In this document: one piece after another, positions 1-11,900 of the stretch
How positions within the stretch are numbered: position 1 is the first letter of the stretch
Layout of the letters: every line of letters starts with the position of its first letter
DNA from: Trichoplax adhaerens
Taxonomy: Eukaryota; Animalia; Placozoa
NCBI RefSeq assembly: GCF_000150275.1
Contig: NW_002060943.1
Location: forward strand, 12,865,968-12,929,967
Length of the DNA stretch: 64,000 nt
Reading direction: 5' to 3'
Position numbers and translations under genes: made by a program
Notes under the pieces: generated by a model
The model's database searches: none
Seen by the model: only the letters and a program-made list of their open reading frames with translations
Told to the model about the DNA's origin: nothing

Positions 1-1084
1 ATTCAGAGTACGCCATCCAACTCGGCAATGCGCTGGAGTAAATGAAAGTGAACAGATTGTCATGGATAAATTACTGAAACCACAAATCAGAGCCGCTCAG
101 TTAGAAACCAATGTGCCTACAAGACCTTATGCGGGTGAAATTGGTGGCAAACACACAAGTGTAACTTACGAAGATAGGCAAATGTTGACTAGAAGTAAAG
201 TATTTGAAGAATAAGATGTGGCTTATTATAAATGTCGATCGAGATCGGTCTCCATCTACTTTATAGTTGAAAACTAAAGATACATAAGCAAGCCTATTTT
301 CAAAAATAATCTTTTCAAGTGTAAACGCTATAATCGATATTAACATATCGGGATATAATCAAAGCTCGTTTTAAGCTAAGATTTTAATAATAAATTTCAA
401 TAGTAATGCGCTAAAACCACTAATAATGGTTTAATGATAATTCACATAATCCAAAATTCTAATGTAAAATTTCTCAGTATATTTGAAGCAGTTTTTTCGT
501 CAATTTATTTATCATATTTTCATTTTTAATACTATATCATTCCTATTAGAATGAGGATTATTATTATTACACACCAGCAAGCAAAGCAATTTTTGCATAC
601 GTAAATTGAGCAACTGGTAAAATAACCTTGTGACTATAATTGATTTCTTATCCGGGCATACTTTAAATATTTCTATTCAAGGATAATCTATCGCAGTGCT
701 GATTTAAATTATAATTAAGTGGGCTATCATTACATCTTCTGTGTGAATGTCTGCTTTAATCTATAACACCAGCAAATAATAATTGTTATATTGAATAAAG
801 ACTTGACTTTATTTCAGATATCGTGAGAGCTATGATTTATTAAAGATGGCATACACGAGGATAAATGAAATTAGTTTCTCGTCAAACAAACCTACTCCGT
901 TAGCGTAATAAGCTAGTAGTATCTACTTGTTGTAATCACTATACAAAATAATTGTCCTATTCCAACAATTACTGATTAATTAACATAAAAATATGCTACG
1001 AATATTGTGCAAGATTGGAAACCATGGCAATAGATTAAAAAAATTACTTATTAAATGGGAAATTAAATGTTATAATATTCTTAG

Positions 1085-1289
1085 CAGGGCAAGTATGATG
1101 ATGCTCTTACCTATGTTGAACGAGAAATTCCAAATCTACCTGGCAACACTTGGTGGGAATCATCCTCATGATGCTATATATTATCAAATTAGGGGCAGTT
1201 CATCGATAGAAGACTATCATCAAGCTATTCTCTTCTATCAAGAGTCCATTTCTATCATATACAATCTTTACGGAGAAGACTACCCTTAA
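1085..1289 (+). pseudogene. Frameshifted fragment of a 42-aa TPR-repeat gene
   Basis: 1085-1108 reads QGKYDDAL. After a +1 frameshift it continues PMLNEKFQIYLATLGGNHP...EDYHQAILFYQESISIIYNLYGEDYP*, matching the repeat of the TPR gene at 3463. No upstream repeats are present. Confidence 0.75.
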
Positions 1290-2520
1290 ATTCTTGACAA
1301 TTTTTTACAAGTAACCGAATGTTGTGATCAACTAGAAGAATATCCTTAAAATAGCAGCAATGCCGGAGACAATCAATATCATACATCATCATGCACGGCT
1401 TGATCAGTAAATCAATCAGTTAATGATCATTCTACATCATCAGAAAGTAATCTCAACATTCGTGTATTATAGAAATAACTGATAACACAAACTTTAAATT
1501 CCATCCTACTAGAACGGCAGCAGTAGTGTCTGATGATACAGTCTCTTCTCTACTCTATGCCGTATCGCATTAGTCTATTTTACATAAAAGTAGTGATAGT
1601 ATAAGTGGTATAGCATAAATATTTGTAAATTGGACTAAAGCACACTAATTCCGAGTTTTATTTTGTATTCCAATTGATTTCAATACTAGTTATAGTTATC
1701 ACATGTTCAGAGATACGATATATTTTCATGTCTATTGTAATGCGATCCTAATAATTAACATAATTTAAAGCTACCAATGCAATCTTGGAATATTTCTAAT
1801 TCTTATCAGACGCATGATTGTACTATATCTCCTGCTTAATAAATTCCAGACACACCCTATTAACGGAATATCAGTATTTATTCATTGTTTTCTAATTAAA
1901 TAAGAAAATGTATTTATTTTATTGCTATAGTTCCATATGTATGCATTGAAGCAACTATTGTCAGTGTTGTCTTGGGTATGGACTTTGTAGTATATTTTTT
2001 TTTGTTTTTGGTTGTTTGATAAGTTGCTACAATCAAGTGCTAGGGTTATTAAAGTGTTGTTTTATGGATATTTCTGGACCGTTCGTACCTTATAATATAC
2101 TGTTATTCTCCTTCCAAGCGTAGCAATCATACAGCAGATAAGGTCTAGTGAAGGTGTAGGATGGAAACTTGATCGCTTTATCCGGGTCATGATTTATCCT
2201 TGCTAGGTAATATTAATCTTTATGGAGTGTTATAGATAAAAGTCAGGTGTAATTTGTGCACCAGGTACTGCTTAATTTTAGTTAATGTAGCACCCAATTT
2301 GTTAGCTATTCAGAAAGACTACTGCAAAGTTTAGAGTAAGAAAATACATAACAATAATTCAATTAATCAGGAGTAATAATATAGGTTATATCAGCGGTAA
2401 TACTCCTAACCGATTTTTTTCTAATTATACTCGCATCACTGTCTAAAATTGACATGACAAACCAGAAGCTATAGCACTAGTATTTTAAAAATTATTATCT
2501 AGTTTTATGAAGATATACTG

Positions 2521-3020
2521 TATGTATAAATCAGTAACTATATCATGTTGTCTGAAAATTAAAGTCAATTTACAATAAAATGATTCATCCTTTCTTACTG
2601 TCAATTCTTGTACGTTATTCAAGCTAATACAAAATTATTACAACGATACTATCATGTTAATTACCTAGTTCCTAAAGTTAATTTGCTATAAAATAGTCCA
2701 TGCATTTTTAATGTATTATATATCATTAAAATATCATTTTATAACGGTATGCTGACTGCACAGCAAGGTGTGCGAGTTAGCTAGTATATGTATAAATCAG
2801 TACTTGTACCACGCAATTTAAAATTTAATACTACTTATCGATTTTTTGATGTATTGTACGTTATTAAAGCGAACACAAAATTGATATAACGATAATATCA
2901 TGTTAATGTAGTGATCTAGGCATTAAAGTAAATTTACACTAAAATAATCCATTCATTTGTGGTGTATTAGACGTTATTAAAGCGTGTAAAAATTGATATA
3001 ATGATATTGTCATGTTAATT
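2521..3020. repeat. Degenerate local direct repeats
   Basis: TATGTATAAATCAGTA at ~2521 and ~2787. ACGTTATT(C/A)AAGC..AAAATT..TCATGTTAAT at ~2610, ~2856 and ~2970. Confidence 0.7.
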
Positions 3021-3462
3021 TTCTGTTCTATTTACGAGGCTTTCTCTAATTTTACATTCATGATGTGATTAATACTCGTATTTACTCATTCCACACCAGC
3101 TTTATACTCATGCGTGCGTTATAATGATGATGGTAGATACCGTGGATTACTGATGCTGGAATAATGTTGATGAAAAAAAAGGATGGAAAATTAACAATTA
3201 CACAGTTTGATCAATATTTTCTTCTTTAAAATTATGACAATCATGATTTGCACGTGGTAGTCGTTCCGTAAATTAAGCATCGCTAAATTGAAGTCCGCCC
3301 CTAACTGCAATCAAGGGGAAGGTAGCTATTTTATATATTACTGCCTACATCGACTGAATTCTTCTTTGGCACAACTATCAAAGTGGCATTCTATTTGGAA
3401 AAGAGCATTGGTGTCTATTTTATTTATATGATATCTTGTCATTCTTGTTCAATAAGTTAAAT

Positions 3463-5205
3463 ATGGCTAGCCAGTCCGAATTAGCGACTTTCCGTAAAGC
3501 AATAAAACATATGCATAAAATAGGCATGAAACGAGCACAAGAAGGCGATTCTGAAGGAGCATTATATTGCTATAAAGAGGCTGCAGCTCAAATTAAAGCG
3601 ATTCCTGATAGAGGTAATTATTTTGATAAAGTTGAGTACTCTATCTGTCTGGATATAGCGATTCATTATGTACAAGAAGAGGAATTGGAAGAAGTTGATC
3701 AATGGCATAGTCAAGCGGAGGAGTTGGCTACAAAACTGCAAGATCAAACGAAAATATCGATGTGTTTAGATGTTAAGGGAGACATTAAACGATTAAGAGG
3801 TGATATCGACGGAGCTTTAAGCGATTACAAGAAAGCACTTGAAACAAAATTGACCAAGTTAGGGAGCGAAGACATCATTGTTGGCCTTTCCTATATAAAT
3901 ATTGGCAAGGTTTATGAAATTCAAGGCAAGTATGATGATGCTTTATCCATGCATAACAAAGCACTACAAACGCAATTAGCAGAATTTGGCGACGATGATC
4001 CATGTGTTGCCACATCCTATCACGACATGGGACAAATCCTTTATCATCAAGGCAAGTATGATGATGCTCTGTTGATGTATAAGAAAGCGCTGAAGATTAG
4101 GCTAGAAGAATTTGACGACGATGATCTTGACGTAGCCAAGACATATCACAATATTGGACTGGTCAATAGTAAACAAGGCAAGTATAAGGATGCTCTAGTT
4201 ATGTATAACAAATCCCTGGAGATTGAACTTGCACAACTTGATGAAGATGATGCAAGTGTTGCAACAACTTATCTCAATATTGCAGTGGTCTATCAACATC
4301 AAGGCAAGTATGATGATGCTTTATCCATAATGAAAAAATCACTGGCGACTCAAGAAGCAAAACTTGGTGGAAATCATCCAAGTAATGCCACTACCTATCT
4401 CAATATGGGCCATGTCTTTTACAAGCAAGGTAAGTATGACGATGCTCTGTTGATGTATCATAAATCGTTGGAGATTGAACAAGCACAACATGGCGAAAAT
4501 CATTCAAGTGTTGCAACGCCATATCACAATATTGGACAAGTCTACAGTAAGCAAGGCAAGTATGATGATGCTCTCTCCATATTGAATAAATCATTGCAGA
4601 TTCAACTATCACAACTTGGTGAGAATCACTTCAGTGTTGCCACACTCTATCACACCATTGGACAAGTCTACTATGAACAAGGCAAATTTAATGATGCCCT
4701 ATCCATGTATAATAAATCACTGAAGATAGAACAACCCCAACTTGGTGATAACCATCCAAGTATTGCCACATTATATAATAGCATTGGGCTTGCCTATATT
4801 GATCAAGGTAAGAACGATGATGCTCTATCCATGTTGAATAAATCACTAAAGATTGAGCTAGAACAACTTGGTGACAATCATCCAAATATTGCTACAACAT
4901 ATCACAACATGGCAAGTGTCTATGATCATCAAGGCAAGTACGATGATGCTCTATCCCTGTATAACAAATCGCTTACCATCCAACTAGCTCAATTGGGTGA
5001 AAACCATCCAAGTGTCGCCCGTTCATATCATAAAATTGGACTGACTTATGATCATCAAGGCAAGTATGATGATGCTCTAGCCATGTTAAACAAGGCATTG
5101 GCAATCTACATAGCAACACTTGGTGAGAATCATCCTGATACCGCTACTTGCCAAGAAAATCAAGCTGAAGTTAAGCATCATATCGCATCTTTCACATCAA
5201 CATAA
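3463..5205 (+). CDS. Intronless TPR protein with 42-aa kinesin-light-chain/NPHP3-type repeats, 580 aa
   Basis: Long ORF; first ATG at 3463 (MASQSELATFRK). Ten repeats of consensus xQGKYDDALxMYxKSLxIxLxQLGxNHPxVAxxYxNIGxVY follow more divergent N-terminal TPR-like helices. Confidence 0.92.
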   Translation: MASQSELATFRKAIKHMHKIGMKRAQEGDSEGALYCYKEAAAQIKAIPDRGNYFDKVEYSICLDIAIHYVQEEELEEVDQWHSQAEELATKLQDQTKISMCLDVKGDIKRLRGDIDGALSDYKKALETKLTKLGSEDIIVGLSYINIGKVYEIQGKYDDALSMHNKALQTQLAEFGDDDPCVATSYHDMGQILYHQGKYDDALLMYKKALKIRLEEFDDDDLDVAKTYHNIGLVNSKQGKYKDALVMYNKSLEIELAQLDEDDASVATTYLNIAVVYQHQGKYDDALSIMKKSLATQEAKLGGNHPSNATTYLNMGHVFYKQGKYDDALLMYHKSLEIEQAQHGENHSSVATPYHNIGQVYSKQGKYDDALSILNKSLQIQLSQLGENHFSVATLYHTIGQVYYEQGKFNDALSMYNKSLKIEQPQLGDNHPSIATLYNSIGLAYIDQGKNDDALSMLNKSLKIELEQLGDNHPNIATTYHNMASVYDHQGKYDDALSLYNKSLTIQLAQLGENHPSVARSYHKIGLTYDHQGKYDDALAMLNKALAIYIATLGENHPDTATCQENQAEVKHHIASFTST

Positions 5206-5455
5206 GATAGCTTCCAACGGCTGCTTAGCACAGACCCAAGTTTTCTTGATCATAAAAACTAGAATTTCCTTTAGTATAAATGGAGCTCATAATATGCCTC
5301 ATATGTAGATCACTAGTAAACCTGCTGTTCAAATGGAGGGTCAGAAAAATTGATCCATTTCATTATCTCCTCTAGAATCTGTCATGAAGTTAACGATTGC
5401 ACAAGCAATAGTAACTTATCGGTCAAGTACCTTACTGTACAGTTTAACTCCTTTC

Positions 5456-5783
5456 ATAACTACCATCCAATTACTGACTGATATTTTTGATCAGCTTTTG
5501 CTGTAGTAGAAAGAATACACTACCGTATAATATAACTCGTTTTATAACTACCATCCAATTACTGACTGATATTTTTGATCAGCTTTTGCTGTAGTAGGAA
5601 GAATACACTACCGTATAATATAACTCGTTTTATAACTACCATCCAATTACTGACTGATATTTTTGATCAGCTTTTGCTGTAGTAGGAAGAATACACTACC
5701 GTATAATATAACTCGTTTTATAACTACCATCAAATTACTAACTGATATTTTTGATCAGCTTTTGCTGTAGTAGAAAGAATACA
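5456..5783. repeat. Tandem repeat, 88-bp unit, ~3.7 near-identical copies
   Basis: The unit ATAACTACCATCCAATTACTGACTGATATTTTTGATCAGC... starts at 5456, 5544, 5632 and 5720. Confidence 0.95.
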
Positions 5784-5929
5784 TTACAGCGTAATATTGA
5801 TGACATCTAGTCCGTAAATAACCTGTGAGATGAATACTTTTATTTCATTACAAATATAGATAGTTGAATAATTAATCTCGCCATACTTTCCAAATACTCC
5901 TTAATAAAATGTATGTCAACACTAACTTC

Positions 5930-6560
5930 CTGTTCCCTAATTGTTTGGGTTTAGACATTTCGAATGTAGAAGGAAGAATAAAAATTGAATTTCTGACTAG
6001 TCTATTGCGTGCATCTGTTATATCCGTATATCAAGAATAAAATTTCCCTGATCCCCATCTACTTGGATTTAGACATTTCGAATCCAGAATCTGTATGGAA
6101 TTAGACATTTTGAATTCATAAGGAAGAGAGTAGTCATTTCATTCTCCATTAATCCATTGAGTGCATGTGTTATATCTACGAATAAATAATAGCTTTCCTG
6201 TTGCCTACTACATGGAATTAGACATTTTGAATCCATAAGGAAGAGAGTAGTCATTTCATTCTCCATTAATAAATTGAGTGCATGTGTTATATCTACGAAT
6301 AAATAATAGCTTTCCTGTTGCCTACTACATGGAATTAGACATTTTGAATCCATAAGGAAGAGAGTAGTCATTTCATTCTCCATTAATCCATTGAGTGCAT
6401 CTGTAATATCTACGTATAGATAATAGCTTTCCTGTTGCTGATTAAGTCAGTTTGGTGAAGATATTTTCAATCCGTAAAAAGGAAGAATCATCATTTTTAT
6501 TTTCGACTACATGTAGTCCATTTAGTGCTTCTGCTATACCTATCGTTATTTACCCTGACT
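5930..6560. repeat. Tandem repeat, 117-bp unit; 3 near-identical core copies with diverged flanking copies
   Basis: TGGAATTAGACATTTTGAAT..AAGGAAGAGAGTAGTC starts at 6096, 6213 and 6330. Diverged copies lie at ~5950 and ~6450. Confidence 0.92.
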
Positions 6561-7274
6561 ACAAGTATGAATCCATTGGAAATTGGTCATGCTATGCCGT
6601 TAATACGTATGTCATCGAAAATTAATGATAATTAGGTGAAAACAATACTAATCTCGCTAGCTCATTGCATTAAGTAGTTAGAATAACCTCAATTCATTTT
6701 GCTATAAATATAAGCCACATTAGCACAAGACAATAACATGCAATAGCTATCATTTATTTGACATTTTCAACTATTTCCTTTCAGAAAAGGAAAACTGTAT
6801 ATCATGCTTTCAATAATTATTGCAGTCATAAACACAAACGCCATCCTTGTTCGTTAAGTAGAAGAACCTATTCAATAATTGCCAACTGTTGCGCAGTTAA
6901 GGTAACGCAAATCAATTAACCGACGATGACCTCAATAAATGCTTAGTTTTAACGCCAAACACTTTCAATGCATTATCATCACTGCTGATATACGCATATT
7001 GTAGAGCAAGCTGGATAGTACTTCAAGAATAAACTATTAAATGATACTGTTTACGGATAGAGTATCTACAGATTATGCAAACGCTATTACGTAATACAAG
7101 TATTTGCTATCCTACGATCAAGACCTGATTGCATTTAGCTGAAGCAAAACTTCATTACTTCTATCACTGTATAACTATCTATGGATGAGAAATTGCTAGA
7201 ATAAAAATACAAGTTTAGACCCTACTTTTAAGCCACCTACTAAGGAGAGAGCTTGATGCAAAGTTGCCTTTCTT

Positions 7275-8246
7275 TTAATCACGCTTTTTCGACAACCCTG
7301 TCAACTCTTCACTCAGGTGCCACAACCTTTTAGCAACATCATCGTCATAAGCCTGTTTTGCACACGTTTTTTCTCGACAATCGCTGAAATATTTACCACT
7401 AACTCCTTCTAATGATTCATCTACAGCGCAAAAGATGGAGGTTTGTGCTCCTTGCTTGGGTGTTTTAAATCCAAGCCAAATCAAGGGTGTAATTAGAGAA
7501 TTGAGGAAGCTAAATTTACGAACACTAAAGTGACGCTGGAGTTCCGTATCGACAGCTCCAGGATGTAAGCTATTGGCAGTGACTGCAGTTCCTTGTAATC
7601 GTTTGGCTAATTCACGCGTAAACAAGACGTTGGCTAATTTACTTTGAGAATAAGCAGCTACAGAACCATACCCTTTCTCACTATTGATATCATCAAAATT
7701 GATCTTTCCCATCGTATGAGCCAACGATGATACATTGATAATCCTACTGGGTGCACAAGTTTTCAATTTATCCAGCAATAAATTGGTCAATAAAAAGTGG
7801 CCAAAATGATTGGTTCCTATCTGCATTTCAAATCCATCTTGTGTTTTGGAGTATGGACACATCATAATACCAGCGTTATTTAATAAAATATCCACTCGAT
7901 CTTCTTTCTCATTGACATAGTCGGCAAAGTCTCGTACCGACTGCAAAGATGCTAAATCGAGTGGGCAAAAGATAACCTCACTATTGCCACTTTGCTGTAT
8001 AATATCTTCCACTGCTTCTTTACCTTTGCTTTCACTACGACATGCTAAAATAACGCGAGCACCACGTTGAGCTAAATCGATGGCAGTCGCTTTGCCAATG
8101 CCAGTATTGCCTCCAGTAATGATGACGGTCTTATGATGGAGTTTAGCTTTACTATGGCATGAACCTCCTTGATTATAAGAACGTAAAATCAACAGAGCGA
8201 TGCCAGCGACGCCGACAACAGCAGCAATTTCAGGTGTAGAAATCAT
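7275..8246 (-). CDS. Retinol dehydrogenase-like SDR (RDH11/12/13/14 family), intronless, 323 aa
   Basis: N-terminal membrane anchor, Rossmann motif TGGNTGIG, NNAG, TNHFGHFLLT, NVSS, catalytic YSQSK, HPGAV, and the GKYFSDC...LW C-terminus. Confidence 0.95.
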   Translation of the reverse strand: MISTPEIAAVVGVAGIALLILRSYNQGGSCHSKAKLHHKTVIITGGNTGIGKATAIDLAQRGARVILACRSESKGKEAVEDIIQQSGNSEVIFCPLDLASLQSVRDFADYVNEKEDRVDILLNNAGIMMCPYSKTQDGFEMQIGTNHFGHFLLTNLLLDKLKTCAPSRIINVSSLAHTMGKINFDDINSEKGYGSVAAYSQSKLANVLFTRELAKRLQGTAVTANSLHPGAVDTELQRHFSVRKFSFLNSLITPLIWLGFKTPKQGAQTSIFCAVDESLEGVSGKYFSDCREKTCAKQAYDDDVAKRLWHLSEELTGLSKKRD

Positions 8247-8958
8247 GGTAGATCATCCAATAGCACACTTATCAACTAAGATATTATAGCCCAACACTAG
8301 ACCAACAAGATGAAGAATAACGAGGAAAAAGTGCAACGTTGTGGAGGTTTTACTTCCTCTTCTACGTTGATGATCGATGAATATAATTTGTTTAATGGCG
8401 GCGAGAAAGCTTAAGCAGTACCGGCCGGTATATAACCTTACTGTCAATCGCCGGACATCTCCATCATTTGCTTCCTTCCTGCCGTCCGTCTCTTTCGCTG
8501 AGTCATCAAGAGTTGTACAGTACAATACTGTAGACCGAGTACTGTACGGTAGCATCATGGACGACTGGAATAGCGGACTTCAACGGCCGAGCTTGGAGCG
8601 AGAAAGAGGAAAATAGTACCTAGACCTAACCAAGGACTTGTAAGAGGAATCAATTTTCCTCTTAAACCAATCGCTGGCCTAACCATAACCGAATAAAGTA
8701 GCAATTTCCTTTAGCATGTCCTGGCCTAACCGAAATCCCTGGATTGAGGTGAGATTGTACTGTAATTCTCTGTACCGTAGGCCGTACGAACGGTACTGTA
8801 GCCATCGGATGAACGGACGAAGGACATACGGACGGCAGCCTACTTGGGCAAATCAGGTCTTGTTGGGCCAGACTTTCATGTCTACTTCTTCATTCCATGG
8901 CTGACAATTCATGATTGGTTTCTTGCCTTAAGCTACTTTCCTTCATCGTAGAACAATC
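8247..8958. promoter_or_regulatory. Bidirectional promoter region between RDH and PLD3
   Basis: Head-to-head start codons ~710 bp apart. The region is richer in GC/CpG than its flanks and has GTACTGTA clusters and repeated GGCCTAACC. Confidence 0.6.
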
Positions 8959-11900
8959 ATGCATAAGGATGATAAGGTAGGCAGGTTGCCTGTTGTATTG
9001 CTGTTGATTGTAGAGATGGGCATATAAAATGAGGTGTTTGAAGGATGCATTGATGGATCCATCAATCAATCATGGCCTAACATGCAATGCATTTTGATTG
9101 CATAGATTCGCTACTATCCTATCCATACTGTCACTGGTGTGAATAGTAAAGAAACTCTGGCGACATCCAATAATCTTCGTGTTTGCATTAAAGTTATCCT
9201 GGTTATTTCTGCCATTGCCATGGCTCTAATCTTATGTTACCATCGCCCATATGATATTTCCACCCAACATCCGCCCAAGCAATCGCAACGAGATGATGAC
9301 CAAAACAACATCAATCTCTCTCAAGATCATTGTCAGTAAGTACTAATATTGATCATCATGTCCTTCCTTGTTGCTGTATTAAGAGCATTAATGGGATGCC
9401 TAAATGACGCACGGATGTTCTAGTAAAGTACATGTTGAATGATTATAATGGACTCAAAAACTAAAGTACCTGCAGATATGATCTAATAAAATAACGATAA
9501 AGACTAGACTAGTCAGTCGCTGGAGTGCCCACCATTAGATTTATTTAATCTGGCTAGAAAAGAGTTATATCAACACTTGTCTCCCGTAGCGCTACGAACG
9601 ATAATTATTAACTGAAGGTCTCAATCGTCAATTACCATGTACTTGTTAATATTCTAGTCTACTCGCATTTATTATGTGAATAATAGCAATAATAATATTC
9701 GACTCAAGGAGTAAAATTTCTGCAGACTGTTTAAATAAAATAAGATAAGGATAAGACTAATTCCATCACTAGAGTGCTGACGATTTAATGTAACCTCACT
9801 AAAGAAAGAGTAAGACGTATTAGCAGCCATCTTCCTTGATTGCTACAAGCTTTAACTGAATGCCTACGTGCCCAATGATTAATTGTTCGTTAATGTTCTA
9901 GTAAATATCGTTCCTGTTGAATAATAATTACAATATCATCGACTCATAAACTAAATAAAAATACCTGCAGATTGATTGAATTAGTTAACATAAGGACAAA
10001 ACGAGTCAATTACTAGAGTACCAACGATTTAATTTAGTCTTTTAAAATAATAGTACTATCAACGCTCGTCTCCTTTGGCAATGTTTAATACCTACATGCT
10101 CAATGACCATTTGCTTGCAAATGATCATAGTGACTACTTCTTGAATGATTATAGTCGACCCAGAAACTAAAGTACATACTGTGCAGTGCAGAATGATCAA
10201 TGAAGACAAAGGCTAGAGTGTTGACGATTACATGTAGTCTCACTAGATAATAGCAACACTCATCTGCCGATGATTTGATTTAGTCGCCCTGAAAAGTAAC
10301 AATGTTAACACCCATCTCTCTTGACTACTACGAACGTTAACTAAAAGCTTATGCTCAATGATCCTTTACGCATTAGTATTCTAGTACAGTACGTACAGCG
10401 TATCTTAAATGATAATATAATCGACTCCAAAACTAAATAATTATACCTGTAAATGAGTGATCAAATAAAATGAGAACGAGAGTACCGACGATTTGATGCA
10501 TAACATAATCTCGCTAGAAAATAGGAATAGGAACACTTATCTCGCGTGGTTGTTACGACCGTTTAGCGAATGCCTCAATGCTTATGGGATCATTGGCTTT
10601 CAAAACTAAAATACCTGCAGAATGGTTAAAGAAGATACGGATAGAGTGCCAACGATTCGATTTAGTCTTGCTAAAAAAATACTAATACAGTATCAACACT
10701 CATCTACCTTGGCTGATATTCCAATTTAAAGCACTTTCGCGCATTCATCGACCATTTGTACATCCTATCTAATTATAATTATTTTACTTATCCATTCTCT
10801 GTTTCTTTCAAGAGCTGAACTGGTGGAAAGTGTACCTCAAAATTTAACTTACCCGGCCAAAGCAATTCATTTAAACAGCACTTATCAAGCTTGGATGAAA
10901 CTCATCAAGTCTGCTCAGCACACCATCGATATTGCCTCCTTTTACTGGACGCTGCAAGGTTCTGACACCAGCTTTCATGATAATTCAGCAAATGAGGTAA
11001 ATTTACAATACTTAATATTTAAAATTTCAATCGCAAATAAAAAACAACTTTTGTATCACATATTACGAATCTGTTACTCAATATGGACTTCCTTTATTTA
11101 ATCACTTTGTATGCTTCTTTAAATGGACAACAATCATAGGAATGCTATATTCACTTACATTCGTATAACCTGCATACTAGCATAAATCGACGTACGTTAT
11201 ACCGTATACCGTACTTGAGATAAAAAATGAATGTTTTCTATCCAAGCAATTCTTCTCAGACTATCCTACCTAACAATGAATTAATTAATTAATTATTGAA
11301 TCGATGAATTCGACTTTGACTGTTAATCGATTCTATTTTCTTAATTTTACAATGTTAAATATAAAAAGGGCCAATCAATATTTCATCAATTACTAAATGC
11401 TGGTACAAAGAGAAATATATCTATACGCATTGTCCAGAATGAGCCAAGCAAAAGAATGAAGGATGTCGATACCCAGGAATTAATGAATAAGCATGCAGCT
11501 CAAGTACGAAGTATAAATTTTACGCGATTATTACGTGCCGGAATATTGCATACCAAATTCATGTTAGTTGATAATCGCCATTTCTTAGTTGGAAGTGCCA
11601 ATTTTGATTGGAGAGCCCTAACTCAAGTAAGTAGTAGAAGCGCCTCTGACCATTTATCATAGACTACACTAGATTTGTTTAAGATCATATAAAAGAATAA
11701 ATAAAGAAAAAGAGGGATATCAACTAACAAACAACACTAAAGGATAACTTGTATATACAAACTGTTATGTCTTAATTTATTTAGCACTTTATCACTGTTC
11801 ATATAGAATATCCTTTAAGATTGATGAGTCTACAAGTAGCAGAATAGTATGAGATTAAAAATACGTGTATAATTTTTGTTCTTTATTTTAAAGTAACTCA

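Noticed and set aside
1-41. Possible end of an upstream CDS (SEYAIQLGNALE*)
   Set aside because: Too short to support without the upstream sequence.
5456-5783. CRISPR-like periodicity
   Set aside because: Whole units repeat with no unique spacers, the context is eukaryotic, and there are no cas genes.
6069-6383. 104-aa ORF with a 39-aa repeat
   Set aside because: A by-product of the 117-bp tandem unit being a multiple of three.
8253-8904. Short ORFs in the RDH/PLD3 promoter (similar ones at 21225-22049, 25087-25413, 26348-26875 and 32743-32988)
   Set aside because: No recognisable motifs; they lie in promoters, introns, repeats or UTR regions.
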